The notes beneath the pieces were generated by a model that was not told where the DNA came from, searched no databases, and saw only the letters and a list, made by a program, of their open reading frames with translations. Positions 8,514 to 17,633 of a DNA stretch of 64,000 nt are shown piece after piece. The position numbers and the translations under genes were made by a program. The stretch covers positions 1 to 64,000 of IMG/VR virus record IMGVR_UViG_3300033148_005363, one strand, 5' to 3'. The stretch is from a virus. How positions within the stretch are numbered: the first letter of the stretch is position 1; the number at the start of each line of letters is the position of its first letter.

Positions 8514-9326
8514 TTACTTCTGCTGGCTGGAGTTGCCGAGGTAGTACTCGAAGTGCATGTCATCCTTGCCCGCGCCGAACCCGCCCCGGAGGTTCAGGAT
8601 CTGGTTGCCCGTGAGCCCGCGCTTCCGATCCGCAGACGACACGCCCCAGCGCCCGCCCCAGTGGAAGCCCAGGGCCTCAGCGATGATACGGATCCGCGGG
8701 TTGATCAGCCCGCGCTTGCCCATGCGATTGTCCCCCGAGTCCACGTCAAAGGCAATGCCCCACGAATGGATCGACAGCCGCCGCTTCGGGTTGCGCCCGA
8801 TGTGCCGACAGGCATAGGTCCCGATGCCGCGCAGGTCGTCTGCAAGCCCCTCGTCCTCGACCACTTCGAGGAACCGGGCCAGGACGGGGACGATCTTCTC
8901 GTGGACCCACTTGTTCCCGACGATCGGGAGTTTGGCCTTGACGATCCGGTATTCCTTGCTCTTGTTCGTCGGCTTCACCCAGCCCTTCTCCCCCTTCTTC
9001 GGGGTAGCGTCGAAGGTGCCGAAGACCTCCCCTATCTCAGCATAGGTCCGGGGCAACGGGGGGAAGGTCCCATCAGCGCGCGCCGCCGCCGCCTCCCGTT
9101 CCAGCCCCGTCTTCAGCCGCACCAGGTTCTCCATGATCACCATCTCGGGATCGTAGAGCCGCGTCTCCCTGACCAGGTCCTCCCGGGTGAGGAGCAGCGC
9201 CCGCCGCGTCGCTGGCCCGAAGTCGTCGTCCACCTTGATCTCCGGGGCCAGTCCCAGGTTGTTCAGGCAGTGCTGTAACCGCCCCACCACTTCGTCTTTC
9301 TCTCCGTACTTCACGTGGCCTTTCAT
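8514..9326 (-). CDS. Endolysin: peptidoglycan-binding domain plus M15 metallopeptidase
   Basis: VGRLQ..L..VDDDFGPATRRA; SIHSWGIAFD and DDMHFE Zn motifs. Confidence 0.85.
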   Translation of the reverse strand: MKGHVKYGEKDEVVGRLQHCLNNLGLAPEIKVDDDFGPATRRALLLTREDLVRETRLYDPEMVIMENLVRLKTGLEREAAAARADGTFPPLPRTYAEIGEVFGTFDATPKKGEKGWVKPTNKSKEYRIVKAKLPIVGNKWVHEKIVPVLARFLEVVEDEGLADDLRGIGTYACRHIGRNPKRRLSIHSWGIAFDVDSGDNRMGKRGLINPRIRIIAEALGFHWGGRWGVSSADRKRGLTGNQILNLRGGFGAGKDDMHFEYYLGNSSQQK

Positions 9327-9901
9327 CTCGCCTTTCCTCCTCGTCTCAGTCGTTTCAACACATCATCGGGGACACCGGCCTTTACCAGCAGCCCCTCCAG
9401 ATTCACAAGCGTTATCCCGTCACACCCGAGGTAGACAGCCTCGGCCTCATCGTCGGTCAGGTCCAGGCCGAACTCCGCCGTCGCCGTCGCCTTCGCCAGC
9501 GCCTTGAGCGCCTTCCTCTTCATCCCGACCGTCTGCCGCCCGAGCTGGGGGACTCGCCACTGCGACGGGGCGCGGCGCACGATGCCCCACCCGCGCTCCG
9601 CGGCCAGGACTTCCCAGGTGGTGCGAGCCGCTACGACGGGGATCACCGCGCTGGCGTACTGGCCCACGAACTGCGTCTCTGCCACGAGGACCCGCTGGTG
9701 CTTCTCGGGATCCCAGGCTGGCCAATCCACCACCTTGAGCCACTTCCTACGCCAGAGGATCAGCCCCTCGTCGAGGAAGCGCACCACTGCCTCCCAGTCG
9801 GTGCGCCGGATCTTGCCGACCCAGAGGGGACGGCGTACGTCGCGATGGACGGAGATCCCGCTCGTTGTGGCTGGGTCAATGCCGAGTACCCATCGCTGCA
9901 T
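9323..9901 (-). CDS. RuvC-like Holliday junction resolvase
   Basis: VLGIDP..SG, VAE, PSQWR, DDEAEA acidic motifs. Confidence 0.75.
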   Translation of the reverse strand: MQRWVLGIDPATTSGISVHRDVRRPLWVGKIRRTDWEAVVRFLDEGLILWRRKWLKVVDWPAWDPEKHQRVLVAETQFVGQYASAVIPVVAARTTWEVLAAERGWGIVRRAPSQWRVPQLGRQTVGMKRKALKALAKATATAEFGLDLTDDEAEAVYLGCDGITLVNLEGLLVKAGVPDDVLKRLRRGGKAR

Positions 9902-9959
9902 CAGGATGCCCTCCAGTGGTCAAAGTTTATCAGGGGGGAACGGTACGGGCAAGGATCGG

Positions 9960-10271
9960 TCATTCGTCACCCCCGAAGAACACCTGCCGGGGATTCTTGC
10001 CCCTGATCCCCTTGATGTCCTCAACGATATCGAATGGCACCAACTCGGATTCAGGGAATTTCTCGCCTGCCTCCCGGACCGTCAGCGGCACCCTTTCGAG
10101 GTTCCACAGGTAGATAGTGTCGCCGTCCGCGCAGTGTGGAGTGTCCCAGTGTCCCTCGCTAAAGTTGTACCACTCGACGTAATCCCGCTTGTCGCCGGGG
10201 CGCCGGTTTAGGCGTCGCAGTCCGTAAACCCGCATGGTTGCTCGTCCGACATCTTGCAGTTTGTTTTTCAC
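9960..10271 (-). CDS. Hypothetical protein
   Basis: ORF overlapping the upstream stop. Confidence 0.45.
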   Translation of the reverse strand: MKNKLQDVGRATMRVYGLRRLNRRPGDKRDYVEWYNFSEGHWDTPHCADGDTIYLWNLERVPLTVREAGEKFPESELVPFDIVEDIKGIRGKNPRQVFFGGDE

Positions 10272-10477
10272 CCTTCTTCCCCCTCCAATCCCACAACCCA
10301 GGCGTCCACTATCTCGGCAGCTCCCCGGAGTTCTGACGCGTGGTGGTCGAGGTCGCGCTCCGGTGCCAGCCTCTCCGGGGTGCTCCGCCTCTTCGCTTTA
10401 GCCGCCTCATCCTGCATGGCTCCGGCCGCGCTGCGCATGTCGATTGCGAGGGTTATCAGTCGTCGTTCTAGGGTCAC
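10268..10477 (-). CDS. Hypothetical protein
   Basis: Short ORF with coupled start and stop overlaps. Confidence 0.45.
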   Translation of the reverse strand: MTLERRLITLAIDMRSAAGAMQDEAAKAKRRSTPERLAPERDLDHHASELRGAAEIVDAWVVGLEGEEG

Positions 10478-10815
10478 CCTTCACCTCCCGAGTCAGGGGC
10501 CTTGGCCTCGGCGCGGGCTTCGCCGATGTAGAAGCTCTCTGCTTTTGGCTTGCCGCAATCGTCGCAGTCAGTGGTCTCGTCTGCCCACTCGTCCAGGGCA
10601 AACTCCAGCGCCCGCCGAAGCACCGCAAGCTCGGCCCGCAGGGCTTCCGTGTCGGGGGCGGGGGCTGCATTGAATGCGTCCTCTATGGTCTGCTTGGACT
10701 CCTCAGTGGTTCCGATATGCCCGCCGACTGTAGTCCAGATCGCCCAGCAGCCACGCTTGCTGTCCCACAGTTGCTCTCGTAGTGGACCTCTCCACTCGTA
10801 CCGTTTGCTACTCAC
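10474..10815 (-). CDS. Hypothetical protein (start uncertain)
   Basis: GTG at 10815 after GGAGG; CDDC motif. Confidence 0.4.
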   Translation of the reverse strand: MSSKRYEWRGPLREQLWDSKRGCWAIWTTVGGHIGTTEESKQTIEDAFNAAPAPDTEALRAELAVLRRALEFALDEWADETTDCDDCGKPKAESFYIGEARAEAKAPDSGGEG

Positions 10816-11023
10816 TCTCCACCTCCACGTCTTCGTCAATCTCCACGCACATGCAGAATTCCACAAGCAGCCGCAACGCGGGGAGACAGAGGTCCGACCG
10901 GATGCGATCACCGATCTCCGTATCCTGCACGTTCTCCCACACGACGCTCAGCGCGTCGATGCGCTTATTTACGTCGCTTTTCAGACCGTCCCAATCGGGT
11001 CTATCGCTCAATTTCTTGCTCAC
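10808..11023 (-). CDS. Hypothetical protein
   Basis: Short acidic ORF with RBS. Confidence 0.45.
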   Translation of the reverse strand: MSKKLSDRPDWDGLKSDVNKRIDALSVVWENVQDTEIGDRIRSDLCLPALRLLVEFCMCVEIDEDVEVESE

Positions 11024-11063
11024 CCCTCACCTCCCAGCCCAGCCAGCGCGCGCCGGGGCAGTC

Positions 11064-12029
11064 TCACGACACGTCCGCAAACAGCGGGGCGTCGCCTTTG
11101 ATACGCTTCCTCGCGATCTCTGCATACTCCGGGTTCAACTCGATGCCGATGCAGTCCCGGCCCAGGCGATCCGCTACTAGGCCCGTGGTGCCAGCGCCGA
11201 AGAAGGGGTCAAGGACGGTCCCGTCTTCTGGGCAGCCAGCCTTGATGCACCGCTCCGGCAGCTCAGGCGGAAACGTGGCGAAGTGGGCCTCGCTGAACGG
11301 CTTGGTTCCGATGGTCCAGACGGAGCGGACATTGCGCACATCGACCAACCCGCTGACCGCAGCAGAAAACGACTCGTTCTGTTTGCATCCTGCAGCGTTC
11401 GCCTTGGCTTTCGGATTCACGCCGTTTCCGCGAGCGTGAGCAGTGCCAGCAACCGGCTCCTTCACCGCTTCCTGATCCCAGAAATACCGCCCCGACTTAG
11501 ACAGCAGAAACACATACTCGTGCGCCTTGGTGCAACGGTCCCGCACGCTCTCAGGCATCGGGTTAGGCTTGTGCCAGATGATGTCCTGTCGCAGGTACCA
11601 GCCGTCCGCTTGCAGGGCCAGGGCCACGCGGGCAGGGATCATGCACAGGTCTTTGGGCTTGAGCGATGCCAAGCGTCTGCCGGGATACTTCGGCTGGCCT
11701 TCCTTGATTCCGCCCTTGCCGTAGTCACCCCCCGCCCCGCCGCTCCCGTTGTACGAGTCCCCCAGATTCAGCCACAGCGTTCCATCGTCTCGTAGGACCC
11801 GCCGCACCTCACGGAAAACGGCGACCATCCGACAAACATAGCATTCCCCGCAGGTCTCCCCCGTTGCCCACCCCAGGCAATCCTGCACTGCCTCAAGCCC
11901 GATCTGTCCGTCTTCGCCGTAATCGCGAAGTCCAGCGTACGGAGGGCTCGTCACACAGCAGTGGACGGACTCGCCCGGGAGCTCGCGCAGACGCTCGATG
12001 CAGTCTCCGATGAGGATCCTGACCGTCAT
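11064..12029 (-). CDS. Beta-class amino-DNA methyltransferase (N4-C/N6-A)
   Basis: TSPPY catalytic motif, HFATFP, VLDPFFGAGTTG. Confidence 0.92.
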   Translation of the reverse strand: MTVRILIGDCIERLRELPGESVHCCVTSPPYAGLRDYGEDGQIGLEAVQDCLGWATGETCGECYVCRMVAVFREVRRVLRDDGTLWLNLGDSYNGSGGAGGDYGKGGIKEGQPKYPGRRLASLKPKDLCMIPARVALALQADGWYLRQDIIWHKPNPMPESVRDRCTKAHEYVFLLSKSGRYFWDQEAVKEPVAGTAHARGNGVNPKAKANAAGCKQNESFSAAVSGLVDVRNVRSVWTIGTKPFSEAHFATFPPELPERCIKAGCPEDGTVLDPFFGAGTTGLVADRLGRDCIGIELNPEYAEIARKRIKGDAPLFADVS

Positions 12030-14233
12030 TTCGCCGCCCCCGCCGCCTCACCAAACAGGTCCGTGGCCCGGGGCTTGCGCAGCCGCTCCATGAGGTGGGT
12101 GAACCGCTCCACAGGCCGGTTGTTCGACACCGCCCGGCCGCGGGCCTTGCCCATGCCCACCACGATCACCTTTCGCTCCCCGCGGGTAATCGCCGTGTAG
12201 AAGAGATTGCGGGCTAGCATAATGTAGTGTGACCAGTGTACTATCACAATTATTGCAGATAGCTGGCTTCCCTGATATTTATGAATTGTACACGCGTAGG
12301 CGAGTTGCAGGTTCCACGTCTGCGTCCGCGTGTATTCCACCGTCTGCCCGTCGATCCGCACGTAGAGCCGGAACGGCTTCGCGTCGAAGTTCACCACCGT
12401 CCCGATGTCGCCGTTGTACACCTCCAGTTCGTAGTCATTCCGCGTCTGCATGACCTTGTCGCCTACGCGCACCGAGCCCCCGTCCTGGAATCTCAGCGCC
12501 GCCTCGCCGTGCTTGTTCAAGCGCCCCTGCAACAGCCGATTGAGGCCCTCAGTACCGATCGGCCCTTTGCGCATGGGGGTCAGGATCTGGACGTCGCGCA
12601 CCGGATCAAAGCCCTCCTCGCGCAACCGCTGTAACGCTTCCAAGACCTGGACCTGCGCGCCTGTCGGATCCGGGTCAGCGTCGATCCACTCCATGTCCTG
12701 CGCCTGCCCCTCCTCAGCCTGCCACACAAGCTTCTCCTCGGCCTGCACGCGGTGGGCGTTCGCGATGATCATGCTCCCCTGCGCTTGCCGGTAGATCACG
12801 TCCAGGCGCGTCACGGGGACCACCTCCGACTGGATCACGTCGCGAAGCACCGCGCCCGGGCCAACGCTCGGGAGCTGGTCAACGTCGCCAACCAGGATCA
12901 GCCGGTGCTCGTCAGTCAGCGCGTCCACCAGCCGATAGGCCAGGTTGATATCCACCATCGAAACCTCGTCAATGATCACCGTCCCCGCAGGCAGCGGGTT
13001 CGCGGCGTTCATTCGCCAGCCCTCATCGGGGTGATACGCGAGGAGCCGATGGATCGTCCGCGCTTCCAGGCCCGTGGATTCCTCCATGCGCTTCGCGGCC
13101 CGGCCCGTGGGCGCGGCCAGGGCTACGGATTCCCTCCGTTGGCGTAGGAGGTAGAGCATTGCCTTGAGCACGGTCGTCTTGCCCGTCCCCGGCCCTCCGG
13201 TGACGATCGACACCCTCCGGCTCACGCTCGTCACCACCGCCTCCCACTGCCGATCCGAAAGGTCGTGCCCCATGTGCGCCTCCACCGCGTCCCGGTCCAC
13301 CAGGGTAATCTGGTCGTCCACCTTGGACATCGCAGCCAGGGTGGTTCCCACCTTGCTCTCAGCATTGTACAGGGGCATCAGATAGACGCGGCACTCGGGG
13401 TCCTCCAGTCTCCCGTCGGCGCAGACGCGCGCACCCCGCACGAGGGAGCGCAGCGCGTCGTCAACGTTCTCCGCCGGTACACCGAGGAGCCTGCACGCGT
13501 CCTGATGGAGCTTCCCGAGCGGCAGATAGCAGTGACCCCCGTTCTTCTGCGCCTCCTGCAACGCGAACTCGGTGCCCGCCTGGACCCGGAACGGGGAGGT
13601 CGTCGGGATCCCCATGCGCTTGGCTACCGCGTCCGCCTTCTTGAATCCGATGCCATCGACCCGCGTCAGCAGGTACGGATTTTCTTCCAGCATCCCCACC
13701 GTCTGGTCTCCGTACCTCTTGTACACGCGGGTGGCGTACGCAGCCGAGATCCCGATGCGGAAGAGGAACACCATCACGTCCTTCACCGCCTTCTGCTTGA
13801 CCCACGCCTCAGCGATCTTGCGGGCGCGCACGGGGCCGATCCCCTCGACGGTCCTCAGTCGTTCGGGATGGTGCTCAATGATATCCAGGGTCTCCAGACC
13901 GAATGCCTTGACCAGCCGCCGGGCCATGACGGGGCCGATGTCCTCAATCAGCCCCGAGGCCAGGTACTTGACGATCGCCTGGATACCCTGTGGCTCGGTG
14001 ACCGTGTAGTCCGTCACCTGGAGGTCTTGCCCGCCGTACCGATCGTTCTCCTTCCACGTCCCTTCTGCGACAATCTTCTCACCGGGGAGGACACCGGGCA
14101 TCTTGCCCACGATCTTCGCTTCCCGCCCGCTTCCGACATCCACCACTGCCACGGTGAAAAACGACTCATCGTCCCGGTAGATGAAGTGGGTGATAGTCCC
14201 CTCTACTTTCCCCTTGCCGTCTCGCTCAACCAT
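12026..14233 (-). CDS. recD2: RecD2-like SF1B helicase
   Basis: HhH N-terminal domain, GGPGTGKTT, APTGRAAKR, IIDEVSM, GDVDQLPSVG, AYACTIHKYQGSQ, YTAITR. Confidence 0.92.
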   Translation of the reverse strand: MVERDGKGKVEGTITHFIYRDDESFFTVAVVDVGSGREAKIVGKMPGVLPGEKIVAEGTWKENDRYGGQDLQVTDYTVTEPQGIQAIVKYLASGLIEDIGPVMARRLVKAFGLETLDIIEHHPERLRTVEGIGPVRARKIAEAWVKQKAVKDVMVFLFRIGISAAYATRVYKRYGDQTVGMLEENPYLLTRVDGIGFKKADAVAKRMGIPTTSPFRVQAGTEFALQEAQKNGGHCYLPLGKLHQDACRLLGVPAENVDDALRSLVRGARVCADGRLEDPECRVYLMPLYNAESKVGTTLAAMSKVDDQITLVDRDAVEAHMGHDLSDRQWEAVVTSVSRRVSIVTGGPGTGKTTVLKAMLYLLRQRRESVALAAPTGRAAKRMEESTGLEARTIHRLLAYHPDEGWRMNAANPLPAGTVIIDEVSMVDINLAYRLVDALTDEHRLILVGDVDQLPSVGPGAVLRDVIQSEVVPVTRLDVIYRQAQGSMIIANAHRVQAEEKLVWQAEEGQAQDMEWIDADPDPTGAQVQVLEALQRLREEGFDPVRDVQILTPMRKGPIGTEGLNRLLQGRLNKHGEAALRFQDGGSVRVGDKVMQTRNDYELEVYNGDIGTVVNFDAKPFRLYVRIDGQTVEYTRTQTWNLQLAYACTIHKYQGSQLSAIIVIVHWSHYIMLARNLFYTAITRGERKVIVVGMGKARGRAVSNNRPVERFTHLMERLRKPRATDLFGEAAGAAK

Positions 14234-14272
14234 TGTGTCCTCCTCGGTATATTGTCTCGTTCAACCCGTTGT

Positions 14273-14926
14273 TCACAGCAACACCCCCTGGGCAAGTCTC
14301 TTGACTGCGATTTCCGCGTATTTCTCTTCGATCTCAATCCCGATGGCCTTGCGTCCCAGGTTCTTCGCTGCAACGAGCGTGGTCCCGCTGCCCATGAAGG
14401 GGTCTAGGATTACACCTGCAGGGCACTTTGCTATCAGGGCGGAGAGGAGTTTGACGGGCTTTTCGTTTGGGTGAACCCTGCCATTGGCTGCCTGCGCCTG
14501 GGTGTTCGCGAAACGAAGCACATCGGAACCCCGGTGTCCACTGAACCCGGTTCCGATGACGTACACCTCTTGGTGTGCTGGCTTCCACGGGAGCGACAGA
14601 TCGCCCATACCAAGCGCGCCCAGCGTATCCCACACCAGGAGCATCCTTGTCTCGGTTGGTCTCTGAATCTTCCACGATCCGAAGACAAGCGCGGGGCGGG
14701 GGCTCCATGACGACAGTACACCATCACGGGCCGAAGTATCCTTGTCGCCCTTGATGCTGCGCGGCAACGTCCCGAAATGGCCGCTCTTGTAGGCGATGCC
14801 GTAAGGCGGGTCAGTAACCAGCACGTCGGCCTCGATCCCAGGCAATATCTCCCTGCAATCCCCGCAGTAGATCACAATCCCCTTCCCGTCGTCGTAGTAG
14901 GGTTTCATCTCAGTCCAACCCATCAA
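14273..14926 (-). CDS. Beta-class DNA methyltransferase
   Basis: TDPPYG, HPNEKP, ILDPFMGSGTT. Confidence 0.92.
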   Translation of the reverse strand: MMGWTEMKPYYDDGKGIVIYCGDCREILPGIEADVLVTDPPYGIAYKSGHFGTLPRSIKGDKDTSARDGVLSSWSPRPALVFGSWKIQRPTETRMLLVWDTLGALGMGDLSLPWKPAHQEVYVIGTGFSGHRGSDVLRFANTQAQAANGRVHPNEKPVKLLSALIAKCPAGVILDPFMGSGTTLVAAKNLGRKAIGIEIEEKYAEIAVKRLAQGVLL

Positions 14927-16757
14927 AGAAATCGCTCTTTTCCGGGGGTGTCTCCCCCGTCCCCGCCGCGCCCGGCAACAACTGCTGAGCGCCGCCCTTC
15001 CCCGCCTTCTTCCGCCGCTTCGCTTCCTTGGCCTTGGCCTTCAGTTCCTCGTCTGTCAGCGCCCTGTATGTCGTAGTCCGCTTGTCGAACTCCCAGAGGA
15101 CCCGCCCCTCCTGCCCTGCGTCGCTGCGGACCTTCCAGAACACACCAAGCACCGCTGTCCGAAGAACGTACGGCGGGACCTGCGCCGCCCTGGTATTGGC
15201 CACCGTGTCCGTCACCCTGCTACGCCAGATCGTGATCCCATTGTCGATCAGTTTCTCGATGTCCGAAGACCCCTTCAGATCGTTCATGGCCACGATCGGG
15301 TTGCTCTCCTTCAGCGCGTGCGGATGATGGATCAGCACGATATGCACCCCCGTCTTCCGCGTGATTTCCTTGATGTCCTGGCACACCCGCTCAATCTCAT
15401 GGCGCTCGTATTCCGGCCGCGCAACCTTCACGAACCAACTCAGATTATCGAGCACGATCATGTAGGGAGCGAATCGGTTGATCGCCAAATACACAAGGTC
15501 CTTCAGCACGTCCCACTCGATCCGCCCGTGGACATCGAAGAACTTCAGCGGCAAGCGCTCCAACTGCTCAACGCCCGCCGTCACATCGTCCTCTTCCCAC
15601 TCGTCCAGGCCCTTGCCCGATACCTCCATCACCATCTTGTCAATGATGCTCTCAGGGCCGTTCTCGAATGACCCGATCACCACCGGGAACCCGGCCCGCG
15701 CAAGGTTCAACGGAACGCTCTTCATCCAAGTAGTCTTCCCGCTGCCTGTCCCGCCCGTGACGATCGTGAACTCGTGCCGACGCCACCCACCGAAGAGCGC
15801 GTCCACGTTCTCCCACCCCGTCGCCACCCCGCGCCGCCCCTCCGGGCGCTTCAGGCGCTCAAGCATCCGATGCAGGTACTCCCCCGGGCTCGCTATCCTG
15901 TGATCCAGCAGCCCCCGAGCTGCCCGAATCGCCTCAGCCAGCCCAGCCTCGGAGATGCCCGCGGCCAGGGACACCAGCGGCGTAGTCTCCCACTCAACGA
16001 TCCGGCACCGATACGACCCCAGCCGCTCCGCCAACTCCCGAGCTCGCTCAAACTCAAATCCGAGGATCGAGATCACCTTGCAGGCCCCGAGGAGTTCCAT
16101 GTCCGCGGCCTTCGGATTGACTGCCGACAGCGTCACGCCCACGCCTACCCGCTGGATCTGGACAGCCAGGGCATCCAACTCCGTAGGCACCAGGACAACG
16201 TTCTCCGTATCCCCCCCGCCGGGGTTGTACACGTAGCCATCCTTCACTGCCTTCCCGCGCTTGCCGCCCCCCTCGACCGGCTGGAACCGGACGTTGATCA
16301 GCTCCTCTCCCAGCCGGATCGGAATGGCCACGCAGAGCTTATCCTTGTGCTCCATCGCCCCGAGCCCGTACCGCGTCCAGTCCTCCTCCGAAATCCCGTG
16401 CGACGTGAGGAAGATGCGGACCCTCTCAAATCGCTCCCCCGTCCGCAACGCTTGCTGGTAGTTCGCTAGGATCTGCGGGTTGGGCCGGTCGCTCTTCTTG
16501 GCCTCCCTGTGCCCGGGAACCAGCAGGGAGATGTCCCCCATGATATGCAGGAACTTCGCTATCGACCCCCGCTCCCCCTCCTCACCGTCGCCGCAGCCCG
16601 GGCACCGATAGGTCCAGGTCCCGAAGTCCACCTTGAGCCGTTTCCCCGACTGGCAAAGCGGGCAGGGGACGATCTCAACCGTCGTCGGGTCGTCGCCCGC
16701 GGCCTCGACCGTCCACCCCTTGCTCTTCGCGTACTTCAGGAATTTGGCCCTGTCCAC
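14910..16757 (-). CDS. T7 gp4/Twinkle-like primase-helicase
   Basis: CPLC..CPGC Zn domain, TOPRIM-like ELDALA, TGGTGSGKTT, SFE, VLDNL, HP, LKGSSDIEK. Confidence 0.85.
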   Translation of the reverse strand: MDRAKFLKYAKSKGWTVEAAGDDPTTVEIVPCPLCQSGKRLKVDFGTWTYRCPGCGDGEEGERGSIAKFLHIMGDISLLVPGHREAKKSDRPNPQILANYQQALRTGERFERVRIFLTSHGISEEDWTRYGLGAMEHKDKLCVAIPIRLGEELINVRFQPVEGGGKRGKAVKDGYVYNPGGGDTENVVLVPTELDALAVQIQRVGVGVTLSAVNPKAADMELLGACKVISILGFEFERARELAERLGSYRCRIVEWETTPLVSLAAGISEAGLAEAIRAARGLLDHRIASPGEYLHRMLERLKRPEGRRGVATGWENVDALFGGWRRHEFTIVTGGTGSGKTTWMKSVPLNLARAGFPVVIGSFENGPESIIDKMVMEVSGKGLDEWEEDDVTAGVEQLERLPLKFFDVHGRIEWDVLKDLVYLAINRFAPYMIVLDNLSWFVKVARPEYERHEIERVCQDIKEITRKTGVHIVLIHHPHALKESNPIVAMNDLKGSSDIEKLIDNGITIWRSRVTDTVANTRAAQVPPYVLRTAVLGVFWKVRSDAGQEGRVLWEFDKRTTTYRALTDEELKAKAKEAKRRKKAGKGGAQQLLPGAAGTGETPPEKSDFFDGLD

Positions 16758-16760
16758 AGA

Positions 16761-17633
16761 TCACTCCGTGTCCCGGAAGATGTCAGCCAGCATCGTGTCC
16801 CCGTCCTGGTGCGTCTGCTCTTCGGGGCCGTCGCTCACGTCTGCCAGCGTGCCGCGGTCCTTCTCCTTCTTCGCCTGATGGAACCGCTCAATGAAGGAGT
16901 CGACGCGCGAGGCATCGTGGAAGATGAAGACCAGATCGTTGTATTTCTTGTCCCGATCGTTCCGGCCCTGGTGCCACGCTGAATGCAGGTTCCCGACGAT
17001 CGCCTGCTTGATCTGGACCACCGAGTACCCGTCCCGGAGCTGCTTGCGGATCGCCTTCCGCCGGCCAGCCGAGAACACGTAAGTTTTCGGGCGATCAAAG
17101 ACCTGGCAGTAGAAGTCAAACACATCCTGCAGCGCCGCGTCCTCCACTGCCTTCGCCCGCGCCTTCGTCGCCGCCCCCTTCTTCGGCAGGGCCTTGCTTT
17201 CGCCAAGGAGGTCCTTGCCCTCCCCCTGCGTCTCAGGAGCCGGGACCGCAGCCACCGCCTTCGGTGCCCTGGATCGCCGCCGCGGCCGCGCGTCCTGGAT
17301 CTCTGCCGGCGGATCGGGATTCTTGGACAGCCCCGGCCTGTCAATGCTCTGCTCAATGTACCACTGCATGAAAACAGCGTACGTCTGCCCGTCCTGCTCA
17401 TAGGTCTTCACCTGGCCAGCGGCTACCAAGTTGGTCATCATCCCCTCGATTCCCCTCACCGAAACAGCAGGAAAACTCAGGCATGTCCCGATATACATCG
17501 GCGCCCACAGGAGCCGCCCGTCGTCGTCGGCGAAGCACTGCAAGAGCCAGTAGGCCCACTGTGTCGACACCGGCAACGCCCCGAAGAGGGGGTCCTGTTG
17601 CGCCTTGCTCGCCCATATCGTCCGCTTCCTCAC
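16761..17633 (-). CDS. Putative replication initiator / replisome organizer
   Basis: ADDDGR N-terminal motif and conserved-type C-terminus (WHQGRND..YNDLVFIF); directly upstream of the helicase; GTGA overlap. Confidence 0.6.
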   Translation of the reverse strand: MRKRTIWASKAQQDPLFGALPVSTQWAYWLLQCFADDDGRLLWAPMYIGTCLSFPAVSVRGIEGMMTNLVAAGQVKTYEQDGQTYAVFMQWYIEQSIDRPGLSKNPDPPAEIQDARPRRRSRAPKAVAAVPAPETQGEGKDLLGESKALPKKGAATKARAKAVEDAALQDVFDFYCQVFDRPKTYVFSAGRRKAIRKQLRDGYSVVQIKQAIVGNLHSAWHQGRNDRDKKYNDLVFIFHDASRVDSFIERFHQAKKEKDRGTLADVSDGPEEQTHQDGDTMLADIFRDTE

